From: Hemiscyllium ocellatum
Lineage: Eukaryota
Direction of reading: 5' to 3'
Length of the DNA stretch: 64,000 bases
NCBI RefSeq assembly: GCF_020745735.1
Contig: NC_083409.1
Coordinates: 19,488,341 to 19,552,340 of the forward strand
Positions 49,880 through 62,591 of this stretch are shown here, piece by piece; the stretch's first letter is position 1; the number at the start of each line of letters is the position of its first letter. The notes under the pieces were generated by a model. It made no database searches. It had not been told where the DNA came from and worked only from the letters and a program-made list of their open reading frames with translations. Both the position numbers and the translations under genes were made by a program.

Positions 49880-50542
49880 CTGGAAGAATTAAAAGGATAA
49901 AAGAGAAAAAAATTATATTAGATACGCCCTCCCTGCCAAAAAAAAAGCTCGTTAGATCGCTACATGGAAAACAAAAAGGAATACTGTTCAAAATATAGAA
50001 AAGAGCAACGGTTTGCTCCATGATCTGAATCAATGTTAAATTTAGATTATCATTGATTGCAGGAGAGAAGGCAAAAGAGAGATTCAAGAAGGGGTTTAAT
50101 AGGATTAGGAGAAAGTGAGGACTGCAGATGCTGGAGATCAGAGCTGAAAATGTGTTGCTGGAAAAGCACAGCAGTTTAATAGGATTGCAGAACTACCAAG
50201 GGTAAGTGCAGATGTATTAGACAAGATTTCCTGCTTAATACTGAGAAAGGCACCACAACATAAAATGAGGCACATCTTTGAAACAAAATGAATAACATCT
50301 GTGCGACATGCTGTAAATAGAAAGCAAACTATCATGGCTCCAACCATTACCTCCTAAAAGTTGACCAGAGGATTGTCGGGCAGCTAACTCCTCGATCAAA
50401 ATAAGAAAAACAGGAATTTCTCAGTTAGTTTTGCTTCATTTGTTGGTAAATTAAGAGTTAAAAAATATGGAGATAAATACGAGCACTTCAAGAGACAGTA
50501 GCTAATCAGGAGCAATTAGCATGAATTTCTAATCAGCAGGTT

Positions 50543-50854
50543 TTAGATTAGATTAGATTAGACACAGTGTGGAAACAGGCCCTTCGGCCCAATAAGTCCA
50601 CACCGACCCGCCGAAGCGCAACCCACCCATAGCCTTACATTTACCCCTTACCTAACACTACGGGCAATTTAGCATGGCCAATTCATGACCCGCACATCTT
50701 TGTGACTGTGGGAGGAAACCGGAGCATCCGGAGGAAACCCACGCAGACACAGGGATATGCAAACTCCACACAGTCAGTCGCCTGAGTCGGGAATTGAACC
50801 CAGGTCTCTGGTGCTGTGAGGCAGCAGTGCTAACCACTGTGCCACCGTGCCGCC
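50543..50854 (-). mobile_element. Young HE1-like SINE with 6-bp TSD CAGGTT
   Basis: CAGGTT at 50537-50542 and 50855-50860; near-identical to 795-1110. Confidence 0.92.
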
Positions 50855-52053
50855 CAGGTTGTGAACTATCAAATAATTTGACAAGGATGTATTAATAAAA
50901 GAGCAGATTAGTATGAAAAAAAAGTGTACATGGTTTTCATGGATTTTCAGAAATTATTTCAAGTTGCCTCTGAGACGACCAATGGCAAAATTCAAAAACA
51001 CCTCAAACGAAGGGGAGCACAGTCAAATGGATAGAGGTAGTTGGGAAAATGCAAGGTTCGGGTAAAATAAAGATTTCACATGAGAAAGGTGGGGAGAATG
51101 GAAGGGGCCCACAGGAGCCCATGCTCAGATTGCCCTTAATTGTTATAGTAATAAACACAATCTTGACTTGGGAATTTAAGAGAAGGAAACTAAATGATTC
51201 CAACTTGGGTTGAAGGGACAGAGATGGAATTGTACTGCAGTGACAGATACAGAAGAACATTTTCCGGAAGATGGAACTGAAGTTGAGAGTGAGATGAAGT
51301 AATACTTTAAGTGGATAAGAAATGGAATTACACCTGAAATGGTAAGATCCTAATCAGACCAGAGAAAAAGGCCACAAAGTATTCAAACATACAGGCCATT
51401 TAAAGTGACAGATACAGCCATTTAAAAAAAAACCTGACACTTCCAACTGCACACAAACAATTTAAGCCACATTAAGTTGCATAAGATCTTAGAATATTTT
51501 GGTCAATTTTGGGAACCTCCACACAGCACAAATTCAGACTGAAAAGTGCAAACTTTGAGGCTTTCTTGGTCTGAAAATTATGGAGTGACCTGTGGAAGAT
51601 AAGATTCTGGAGAGTTTTAAGAAGATGATTAATAATCATATAGTGTATTACCAACCAATGGAAAGACAGATGATACAAAAGAATTCAAAAAAATGAGTGA
51701 CTGGAAGAGACACTAGATATTATGTAAATAGAAACAGAATCTATAGATTCTCGGAGTTGGCAAAGTTGTGACAGATGGGATTTAGTGAATAACAGGATGA
51801 GGAGGAGGTTGATGATGATAAATTAACAATGGGAGAGTACAAACAGTGGAGGAGAAAGGGGCTTTGGATTTTTAGGGAAGGGGCAAAATGGTAAATTGAA
51901 TTCAAAGCTGTCATCAGGATCGAGATCATATGCATAACAGAGCATGTTAAAAACATCATCAATCAGAGGTGCTGTGGAGCACTATTAACCCATATCTTTC
52001 TTGCTTAATTGAGAAAAAATAATTTTGTGTTCAAACGCAAAAGCTACATTCAC

Positions 52054-52432
52054 CTCACAAAAATACTCTTTTGCTCACACTCTCTACATCTTGCCATTTA
52101 TTATTCTCAAGATAGTCTGGGGTATTCGTAGATCTCCTGGATCGTGGCCAAGTTCCTTCAACTTCCTCAGCCACTGCATGAACCATCTTCTCAACCTCTA
52201 AAGCATCAGGAGCTACAGCAAAGTCAGGTTCCCTTTGGATTTTGAGAGGCCCATCCTTTGGAGACTGGGCCTCCTGCACTGGCTGCTGCACTTTGCTACA
52301 GCGCAGCCCAAAGTCCTCATCAAACCAATCTTGGTCATCTACCAGGTCATCGAGCGCCTCGTGGCTCAATTCCAACTCTGCCAGGCGTTTGGCCAATTCT
52401 TCCTGCCCCCTTGTGCCAAACACTGGGCTGCC
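52054..52432 (-). pseudogene. CEP350: CEP350-like exon with an apparent 1-nt insertion near its 3' end
   Basis: CAG|GSPVFGTRGQEELAKRLAELELSHEALDDLVDDQDWFDEDFGL...DVESVSKRVF, versus human ESPVFGASGQEELAKRLAELELSREFLSALGDDQDWFDEDFGL...DIESTSKRVY; 379 nt, donor G|GTGAAT. Confidence 0.88.
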
Positions 52433-54071
52433 CTGTTGCAAAGTACAGGCTGTTGGTCAATCTAGAAACTGAAGGTCAGGAACAAAACTGTGAAAGCAAA
52501 GCATGAAAACAGGGAGACAAACAAACAAAAACCTTCTTGTTATATCTCAGAGTATGTCTGACGAGTTGGACACAGGCTGGAATTCATTTCCAATTTATTC
52601 TCAGCCATGCAATGAAAGTTAAGCTTTCCACATGGAGTGACATTAAACAGTATATTTTATCAGACTGAGTACAATTCAGTTAATGGAGTCAGGAGAAATG
52701 ATTTATATGCGTTTTCAATTTTTAAAAATAGTTGACTTGACCAAGGTGGTGGAAAAAATCATCTTTACAAAGTTGCGAAGTATCCCAAGTGGTCTTCTTG
52801 AGCTTTAAAAATACATTTGTTATGAAAAGAACACATCATACTGAGCAATATTTCATGAGGCTCACAAAGGCAGAGATCCCACTGCTGACTATCATGGAGT
52901 GTGGAGGATGGGGAGAATACAGCTTTTGAACAGTTTCGGGTCAGATACATTGTGATAAAATCAGTGAATATTCTTCAAACTATGCAATCACAAGAAATAT
53001 GGCTAGTTACGAGTTACCATGGAGAAAGTATGTCCATTTTAGGAAATTGATACAGACTGTTCAAATCTTTCCTGGTTCAGAGTATAAGTATGGAGAATCT
53101 CTTCATCTACTAACTGTCGTGTACTTAGGGGAATGAACGATTTCAGACTGAATGTTCTGAGCTTCAGCTTTCCAAAGTCAGATCACTTTCAGTTGACTGC
53201 TGCACCCCTTTTGATTCCTGCACTTTATAGGGAAACACAAATATTGACAAATCAGAAAAGCATGTGTCAGTTTAGTCAGGATGTTGCTGTGTCAAATCAA
53301 ACTGACCCAGTGACTTCCTGCACTGAATGCTCAGAAAGGAATGGACAGTATGAGAACTTGTCAAGCACTTTCATCAAAAGAGCTGCTCGTGCAATCAATG
53401 TTAATATGTGCAAACCATAAACCCTTCTGTTCTTCTAATCAGATGGTCATTCAGGCTCGGGACTTTGCTTCAGAACACTACGCTGGAAAAATTATGTGAA
53501 CTGATTTAGCAAGAGATTGGAAACCATGATTAAAAATTTAGTTGAAAAGAACATCTTTAAAAACACTTCCTCCCTATTAGGGAAGGACAGAAAAGTGCAG
53601 GAGGAAAAGTTTTGAATTTCAATAGCAATCCTTCAGTTCTAAACTCAATAATTATACAGTGGAAATGGTCACTCAACCTTCAGAAATAATCAGACATACT
53701 TACACATATTTTGAGAATTAATGGGCAAGGTAGAAAACACCGAGACACAAGAAATTTTATTCATATTGCCCAGAGCTGTATTTTATCACCCACAAATATA
53801 TTTAACAATTTAAAAGTCTTTTTGTAAAGGGGAAGACTCAGGGTAATTTCTGAAAATGGTGACCTGCAAAATGTGCCTGAAAAAAGTGGAGTTGTATTTT
53901 GACATATTGCTCGAGAAACAATGACAATCCTGGAAGTATGTTAAAACGTGGGAATTTAAGAAGCTCTGGAATTATTAATAAAACAATTGCATCAATGCTT
54001 CAAGACCATAACACATCTCCAATTCTTGAAATTCAAATCCATCCCAAAACAGGTTCAAAATTAATACTTGC

Positions 54072-55633
54072 AGGTCGAGGACAAAGATCTGGAGATAATA
54101 CTTCCTCCTTATCATCATCATGGTCATCTCTTTCAGATGTCTCCAATTGGATAACAGTCTTGTGTTCCTCCTCTCGATCCTTGGAAGATGACCTGGGTCA
54201 GGATTCAACATCCAATTTGAACTGTAATCCTCGGTTAGTATGTTGGATCTTCTCAGTTCGAGACTTTGAGATTTAATGCAATTGTCCAACAGTGTCCTTG
54301 ACAAAGGGAGATAGGATTGTGCATCTGAACTTTCTCTGAAATGCTCGGAACCAGCTGGTTCTCGGAATTCAGAACTCTTCAAATTTCAGAATAAGGTGAC
54401 AGTTTGATGGTGAAATGATTAAAAATCATACCAGAGGAGCACACTCACTCTGTAAAAGGGGGCGATGAAACAGAATTGCGGTTTGCCAGTGCTGCTCCCC
54501 CACCCCCCACTCTGTCCCTTCTCAGTGATGCGCCAAACAGCCATGTTAATGAGAAAACAACTTCACAAAAACAACTTCGGACTTGAGCTTTTCGGATTTC
54601 TGGATTCAGGTTAAAGGATTGTCTGCTTGTATCACATCAACCAAAGAACTGGCTTTTGAGTCACTGCTCTTCAGATCATCTCCATTAAAGTCTTCGCTGT
54701 CCTCACAATTGTCCTTGGGTTCCTCTCATTTAATATCCACGTGCTCCTCATGGATTTCCTCAGATTCAGGCTCGAGGAATGGTACTTTAAATTGAGCCTC
54801 AAGTTGGTCCTTTTCTCTGTTCAGTAAGTCCAACAGAGGAGATGAAGAGATCTCATGGATATTTAGTGAAAACGTCTCCCATTGTGCACTGGAAGAACAC
54901 ACAGACACATTGGTATTGATTTTGGTTTCTGTCTCCAGTACTGCCTTGGATGCCTTCTCTGTGAACACATCATTCCAGTTCATGTTTTCTACATTCTGGT
55001 CTTCACTCAAGTTTGCCAATTGTTCCTCCTCACCAGACTTGGACAAGGTCTCTTTTCAATTTTGGCCATCACCAAAAGTTACCACCACCTTGCTAGATTC
55101 ATTAATAACGTGCAGCAAGTCAAACTTACTTGGTTCAGAAAACTGATTACTTGCATTTTGATCATTCAAGTTGTTTTTAAATGAACAGAGCTTAAAGTCT
55201 ACTTGCCCTGCAGGAGTATTACTTCGACCAAACTCTTCCGCCTGCAGTTCTGCTAATTCCTTTGAAAGCTCTTGCTCAACCTCCATCGCATGTCCCATTA
55301 TTACTGCCTTCTGGCTTATCCAGCCCAAAAGCCATTGGCAAAGCTAGTTCTGCCCTTGAAGCGAAGTGTCCCCGGTTGGATGCTGCTAACTAAAATTCTT
55401 GCACCAATTTGGAATTCAGGCAGCTCATCGGTTTCAGGAACATGGCTGTTTGAGTGTGACACGGACAGAGACAGTGTGATGGTGTGGGAGTCTGATCCTC
55501 ATTGCTAGCATCACTTTGCTCTTCTCAGTTGGTGATTTCAAGTCGACAAGTTGTTCTGAACGTACGCTAGAACAGCTGGGAGAGTATTTCTCACCCAGCC
55601 GCTCCCTGATTTCATCATCCACACTGATACTTT
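54072..55633 (-). pseudogene. CEP350: Large CEP350-like exon containing a disrupted CAP-Gly domain; several frameshifts, deletions and nonsense codons
   Basis: DDEIRERLGEK...LVDLKSPTEKSK; EFQIGARILVSSIQPG/TLRFKGRTSFANGFWAG/DKPEGSNNGTCDG; SPLLDLLNREKDQLEAQ; FVKDTVGQLH*ISKSRTEKIQ; DKEEVLSPDLCPRP|GCAAGT. The 5' boundary is a candidate acceptor only. Confidence 0.88.
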
Positions 55634-55739
55634 CTGCAAAACATTCTCGACATTATAAAACCCGACAGTTTGGTTATATCGTGATACTTCTTTGCTTTGT
55701 CTTTCACAGAACAATTTCAGAGTTAATTTAGACAGCACC

Positions 55740-56255
55740 AATCCGACCGAATCGGAGTCCCCGACTCCTCTCTCTTTTTTAAAAAATAGTGCCCTGGACT
55801 CTATTTTGGATCCACAGGTCCCCGACCTGTTAGTGGGTGTCCCCACCTCCTCTTTAATCTTTCCTGAATTAATTCTTACCAAGGCCGATCCCTAGTAAGT
55901 AACGAGGGGTCAAGTGACGCACTAATGAATGAGAGGGAAACCAAACGACCAAAATACTCACGCCTGGCTGGCCGATTCCTCTACACTCAATAGCGGAGGA
56001 CTCAAGGCACTTACACCGCTTCCCATAATCTGTCCGTAATGAGTCCGAGTCATAGCACCAGATGGGATTTGGACCCCAGTGGACGGGGGGCAGGGGAGGT
56101 TCTGTTCCATGATCGGTCAATAAGCACTCACATTCGGTCTGGTTCTTTAAGACTTCATTCTTTAGTTTTCATACGTCCGGGCACAGATCGCCCAGAAACA
56201 CAGAGGTTATACACTTCGGTGTTCCTCAGAGGAGCTGCACGCATGGCTTGAAACA
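55740..56255 (-). mobile_element. Candidate endogenous retrovirus remnant (LTR end, tRNA-His PBS, leader)
   Basis: Minus strand ...CCCA-TC-TGGTGCTATGACTCGGAC (56060-56043) matches the tRNA-His PBS TGGTGCCGTGACTCGGAT at 15/18; splice-donor-like sites downstream; CpG-rich in an AT-rich intron; no gag/pol seen. Confidence 0.5.
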
Positions 56256-58121
56256 AAGATATTTTTATACTTTTCTTAAAGAAATGTACAGGCCATTATC
56301 GTGTAGTACATTCAGACAATTACCAATCAAGTTACAAAATAAGCTTAACTGACAGCAACTTGGTCCAATGATATTTCCTGGGAATCAACTTTATTTTCCA
56401 ACACTTAAGGCCCTCTTATCTGACTAACGGAATCTTTGCACCAGCACTTGAAGGTCAGTTAGATTGGCCAGTAATGTCTCATCTAGTCTAGTTATTTCTA
56501 TGTTGTAAAGGAAGCATTGTCTGCTAATCTCTGTTGAGGCAGACTGTGATAGTCAATTATGCAGCTCTAACAGCGTTAAAAGCCATTTATGCAGCTTTTA
56601 GTAGATTTGTCAATTTGCAGCCTAGAAGCCAGTTTGTCATATTATTTGCATTAAGAAGCCATTTTGTTCCCATTTTAGTGAGTAAGAGCATGTGTGAAGT
56701 GGTTGTTCCTGACAACAACTGGTTACCTCAGTCTGCATTCAGGATTCAGATCCTCAGTAGATAGAAACTTACAAGATAACACATGGCTTAGAAAGGGTGG
56801 AAGCTAGGAAGTTCACGTTAGGCAGGGAAACTAGGGCCCGTGCGCACATCCTTAGAATGAGAGAGTGTCAATTTGGAATGGAAATGAGGAGGAAGTGGGA
56901 AGCAAAACACATTTCATGTACAAAAGGGGATTGAATATGAATGGGCAGTGATTTAATTGTTTGAAAACTTCCAGCATGGGAGTCGGATCACAGTATATGT
57001 GGCAGTTCTCTATTCCAACAATACTCAATACTTTGTAGAAATCTTTCACCCACTTGATTGCTTTAAGGCACATCTCAAAAACTCACCCAACAGAACTGAT
57101 TATATTCTGTATGAACATATAATATTCTGCAGCAGCAAGTTTTATGTCAAAGCAACCTTCAGCCATCATTTCCTCTTTAAAAATAAAGATCCATTCTTGC
57201 TTTTTCACATCGAGTAAACAGATGGACTTCATTACAAATACATTTTTTTTAAAAAAAGACATTAAACTCCAGATAGCTCTGACAATGAAATATTTTATCT
57301 CAAAAGGTTGATTCAGCATTGACGTCAAAATGCATGGGGTCATAGAGTCAGTTATACAACAGACCCAGCTCATCCGCACCAACCAGATATTCCAACGTGA
57401 CCTAGTCCCAGTTTGCCAGCATTTGGCCCAAATCCTTCTCAACCCTTCCTATTCATGTACCCATCCCGATGCCTTTTAAAAGGTGCAAGTTGTAATTATT
57501 CCCCTCTCCACCACTCTGGCAGCTCATTCCATGTGTGCAGCTCACTGCGCCTGAAAAGTTATCCGTCAGACCCTTTTTAAATCTTTCCCTCTCATCTTAA
57601 ACCTATGCCCTCTAGTTTACAACTTGCCTGCCCTGGGAAAAAAAAATCTTGGCTATTCACCCGATCCATGCCCCTCATGATTTAATAAACCTCTACAAAA
57701 CCCCTTCAGCCTCCGATGCTCCATGGGAAAAATATTTCAGCCTATTCAGCCTCTCCTTGCAACTCAGTCCCGGCAACATCCTTGTAAATCTTTTCTGCAC
57801 TCTCTCAGATTTAACATCCTTCCTACAGAAAGGTGATCAGAACTGTATGCAGTATTCCAGACGAGGCCTCACTAACGTTCTGTACAACTGCAACGTTACA
57901 CTTCAACCACGACAGTCAATGTTCTGACCAATGAAGGCAAGCATGCCAAATGCCTTCTTCACCACCCTTTCTACCTGCAACTCCACTTTCAAGGAACTAT
58001 GCACCTGCATCCCGAGGTCTCTTTGTTCAGCAACACACCCAGGGCCCGACCATTAACTGTATGAACTAGTGACTGGATACAGAACTTTAAAAATGAGATT
58101 TGATAGAGAAGTTTAAAAAAG

Positions 58122-61100
58122 AAGACCATAAGATAGAGGAGTGGAAGTAAGGCCATTCGGCCCATTGAGTCCACTCCGCCATTTAATCATGGCTGATGGG
58201 CATTTCAACTCCAGTTACCCGCACTCCCTCCATAGCCCTTAATTCCATGTGGGATCAAGAATTTACCAATCTCTGCCTTGAAGACACCCAACATCCCAAC
58301 CTCCACTGTGCTCCATGGCAATGAATTCTGGCTGAAAAAATGTCTTATTTCCATTCTAAATTGACGCCCTCTCATTCTAAGGCTGTGCACACGGGCCCTA
58401 GTTTCCCTGCCTAACGGGAACAACTTCCTAGCTTCCACCCTTTCTAAGCCATGCTTTATCTTGTAAGTTTCTATTAGATCTCCCCTCAACCTTCTAAACT
58501 CTAATGAATACAATACCAGGCTCCTCAGCTGGTCATTGTATGTTCGGCCTACCATTCCAGGGATCATCTGTGAGAGTCTCTGCTGGACACACACTAGTGC
58601 CAGTATGTCCTTCCTGAGGTGTGGGGCACGAAATTGGACACAGCATTCTAAACGGGGCCTAATTAGAGCTTTATCAAGTCTCAGAAGCACATCAATGCTT
58701 TTATATTCCAATCCTCTTGAGATAAATGACAACATTACATTTGCTTTCTTAACCACGGACTCAACCTATAATTCAACCTTAAGAGAATCCTGGACTAGCA
58801 CTCCCAGATCCCTTTGTACTTTGGCTTTAGGAATTTTCTCACCGTTTAGAAAATAGTCCATGCCTGTATTCTTTTATTCAAAGTGCAAGGCATTGCATTT
58901 GCACACGTTGAATTTCATCAACCATTTCCTGGACCACCCTCCAAAACTGTCTAAATCTTTCTGTAGCCTCCCCACCTTGTCAGAACATCCTGCCTGTCCA
59001 CCTAACTACTTATCATCGGTGAACTTTACCAGAAAGCCCCCAGTTCCCTTCATCCAGATCATTAATATATAAAGTGAACAGCTGCGGCCCCAACACTGAA
59101 TCCTGCGGGACACCACTTGTCACCAGCTGCCATTCCGAAAAAGAACCTTTTATCCCAACTCTCTGCCTTCTTTCAGACAGCCAATCCTCAATCCATACCA
59201 GTAGCTCACCTCAAACACCATGGCCCTCACCTTACTCAGCAGCCTCCCACGAGGCACCTTACCAAAGACCTTTTGGAAGTCGAGATGGATAACACCCACT
59301 GGGTTTCCCTGGTCTAACCGACTTGTTACCTCTTCAAAAGAATGCAAACATGTTTGTCAGTTACGATCTACCCTTACTAAATCAATGCTGACTCGTTCTA
59401 ATCTGACCCTGCACTTCCAAGAATTTAGAAATATCATCCTTAACAACATATTCCAGAATTTTATCGACAACCGAGGTTAGGCTAAACGGCCTACAATTTT
59501 CCAACTTGTGCCTGGATCCTTCTTGGACAAGGGGGTTGCAACGGTGATTTTCCAATCATCTGGGACTTTCCCTGACTCCATTGATGTTTGAAAAATCACA
59601 ACCAACGCCTTCTCTATTTCCTTAGCCACTTCCCTCTGAACTCTAGGATGGAGCCCATCGGGCCAGGAGATTTATCAATTTTTAGACCTTTTAGCTTTTC
59701 TAGCACTTTCTCTTTTGTAATGGCAACCATACTCAACTCTGCTCTCTGATTTTCCTTAATTGTTGGGATATTACTCATGTCTTCCATTGTGAAGACTGAC
59801 ACGAAGTACTTATTAAGTTCTTCAGCTATTAACTCCCAACTCTAGCCTTCCTGCATCAATTTGGATCAGCTTAATTTCTACTTTTGCCACTCGTCTGTTT
59901 TTTATGTATTGAAAGCAACTTTCACTGACATTTCTAATATTACTGGTGAGCCTACCTTCATATTTGATCCTCTCCTTCCGTTTTTCTCTCTTCGTTATCC
60001 TCTGTTTGTTTTTGTAGTCTTCCCAATCTTCTGATTTCCCAGTCTTCCCAGCCACTTTATAAGCTCTCTCTTTCTCTTTGATACATTTCCTGACTTCCTT
60101 TGTCAGCCATGGCTCTCTAAATCCACCTCCCCCCACCTGGAAACACCCAGAAACTCCTGCCATTGTTGCTCTCCTGTCTTGCCCACTAGGCTCTGTTTCC
60201 AGTTGATTTTCGTCAGTTCCTCTCTCATGCCCCTGTAATTACCTTTATTTAACTGTAACACCATTACATCCGATTTTGCCTTCTCTCTTTCAAACTGCAG
60301 CCTGAACCCTACCATATTATGATCGCTGCCTCCTAAGTGTTCCCTGACTTTAAGAACTTTTATGAAGTCAGGTTCATTACATAGCACTAAGTCCAGAATA
60401 GCCTGCTCCTTTGTGGGCTCCATCACAAGCTGTTCCAAAAAGCCATCCTGTAAGCATCCCATGAATACCCTTTGTTTGGATCCCCCGATAACATTATTCA
60501 ACTAGGCCATTTGCATATTCAAGTACCCCATGGTCACCTTGACCTTGCCATTCTGACATGCCCTATCTATTTCCTGGTACATCTTGCGCCCTTGGTCCTG
60601 ACCACTGCTGTGAGGTCAGCACGTAACTCCCATTATGGTTTTTTCCCTTTGTGGTTCCTCAACTCCACATCATCTGATCCTATGTCATTCAGTGCCATGG
60701 ATTTAATTTCATTCTTAACTAATAAGGCAACCCTGTACCCTCTGCTCTCTCTTTTCAATAAGTTGTAAATCCTTGGATGTTTAACTGCAAGTCCTGAACG
60801 CCCTGCAACCATGTATCTGTGATGCCTACCACATCATCATACGTGCTGTTAATTCATCTACTTTGTTACAAATACTATGAACATTCAGGTAAAGTGCCTT
60901 AATGCTAATTTTCCTAACCTCATGATTTCCAACATCTCGCGTAATATGTCCAAAGTTATCCTTCGTTTTTGCTTCATTCCTGATCTGCCTTGGACTGAAA
61001 CCCTGTACACATGCTAACCTGCCGCTTATTGTTCTACTTGACTCCATACTCCCTGTTGCTTTCCCTTTCCCTTCCCCCAGACTCATAAGTGTCATGGTCA

Positions 61101-61904
61101 GCTGGCTCATCCTGTCCACAGCCCTTTTCCTCATCCATACAGGAGCAAAAATCGCATACCTGTTGGACAAGTTCAAGGGCTGAGGCTCCCCCACTCCTGA
61201 ACTCAGAATCCCCCTACCTGCCTCACTTACAGTCACCCCCTGTTGTTCCTGATCACTAACTGAATTTGAATTACTTAATCTACCGGGTGTGACTGCCTCC
61301 TGAAACACTGCGTTCAGGTAACTCTTCCCTCCTGGATGTGCCGCAGTGTTTGATGATCAGATTCTAGATCATCAATTATGATCCAGAGTTCTTTCAGCAA
61401 CCAACACTTGCTGTAGATGTGGTCACTGCCCTTCACAATGGGATCAGCCAGCTCCCAGAACATACAGCTACAGCACATCACCTGTCTAGCCATCTCTACT
61501 TATTTAATTCATTTATACAAAATGATAAGTTAAATATTATTCAACTAACCAACTAATAGCGAACTTTTAATCAATCACACGATACACGAGAAATATCAAT
61601 TGAAACGCCTTACCTTAGCATCACACGGGAGTCCTTTTCTTTGGTGAGAGGAGAGGGCAGGGGGAGACATGACACGTGTAGTATATCGGGATTCAGTTGC
61701 TGCCTAAATATATACCCAACAGACCTCTGCGCCTCGCTGTGGCCTGTCGCTCTGCTGCTTCTTCAAAAGCCTCACTTATCAAGCAGTCTCACGTCCGTTC
61801 CTGCTCAGTGTTCGCTCCGCCAAGCTAAGTTTTTATATTTTAAAGTTATCATCCCATCGGGTCTCTGGTCCTCATTGTCGCTCCTCCCACTCCCACTGCC
61901 GCCC
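58122..61904 (-). mobile_element. Near-full-length CR1 LINE (5' UTR, ORF1 remnant, ORF2 EN+RT with lesions, 3' tail)
   Basis: Ordered minus ORFs: 60826-61308 (ORF1 remnant into the endonuclease start), 60103-60501 EN (LDLVLCNEP..HLGGSDHNMV), 59150-59347 RT (LDFQKVFGKVP), 58205-58756 RT tail; tail (CTTATGGT)n-type at 58122. Confidence 0.85.
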
Positions 61905-62445
61905 ATATAATGAAGAACACTGATCCCCAGAGGTAAGTTTGCATATTTTAAAGTTAACTTCCTGTCAGGCCTCTGGTCCTTGCTGAAGGTGCTTGAGCTG
62001 CATGGAGGGAAAAATGTTTTCACTTGTGAGGCTGACCTGAACAGGAAGTTCACATTAATGAATCGAATCAGAAATTCAAAACAAGATATTCTTCCCTGAG
62101 AAGAATGACAACATGGAACTTGCTTATGCCAGGAATGCTTCAGTTGAATGGCTCGAATATGTTTAAGGGGACATTAGATATGTACCTCAGGGAGAAATAT
62201 ACAGAAGGATGCACAGACGGGATGAGAGAAAGTGGGAGCAGAGTTGCACAGAGACTAAATAACTGCACTAGTCTGTTGGGCCAAAAGGCACACTTCCCTG
62301 CTGTAAAGTATCTGTACATGTTCTGGTCTCTTTCACTCAAGAACCATTTAATCACCAACTAATTTGGACCAAAGGGGTATGAAAGAGAAATACAAGAGAC
62401 ATCCCTTCATAAGATTACACAATTAACATCCATTACTGAAAGTAC

Positions 62446-62591
62446 CTCTGCAGAGAGCAGGGTTTAATCTTCAGCTTCTCAGTATTAGTGGAGTACAGAG
62501 TTTTAATTTGCGGTTTGGTTGAGCTTGAGCTGCCAACATCACAATCTTTACTGGGCTCAGCTTCGGTCTTCGTCATAAACCCATCATAGGA
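62446..62591 (-). pseudogene. CEP350: CEP350-like exon, open, phase 0-2
   Basis: TTTCTTTCAG|SYDGFMTKTEAEPSKDCDVGSSSSTKPQIKTLYSTNTEKLKIKPCSLQR|GTACTT, versus human SYDEFIKKTEAELSQDLETSPTAKPQIKTLSSASEKPKIKPLTPLHR. Confidence 0.82.

Noticed and set aside
795-50854. tRNA genes at the SINE heads
   Set aside because: A and B boxes are present, but the heads run into SINE bodies and tails with no complete cloverleaf.
52525-52533. ACAAAAACC nonamer as an RSS
   Set aside because: No heptamer at either spacing; it lies in a CEP350 intron.
57087-57174. Minus-strand exon-like segment (EEMMAEGCFDIK...) as a CEP350 exon
   Set aside because: No similarity to recalled CEP350 sequence, and its phase 1-2 does not bridge the flanking exons.
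49742-62591. Functional CEP350 gene with sequencing errors
   Set aside because: One homopolymer indel could be an error, but several nonsense codons, multi-base deletions and missing terminal exons cannot.
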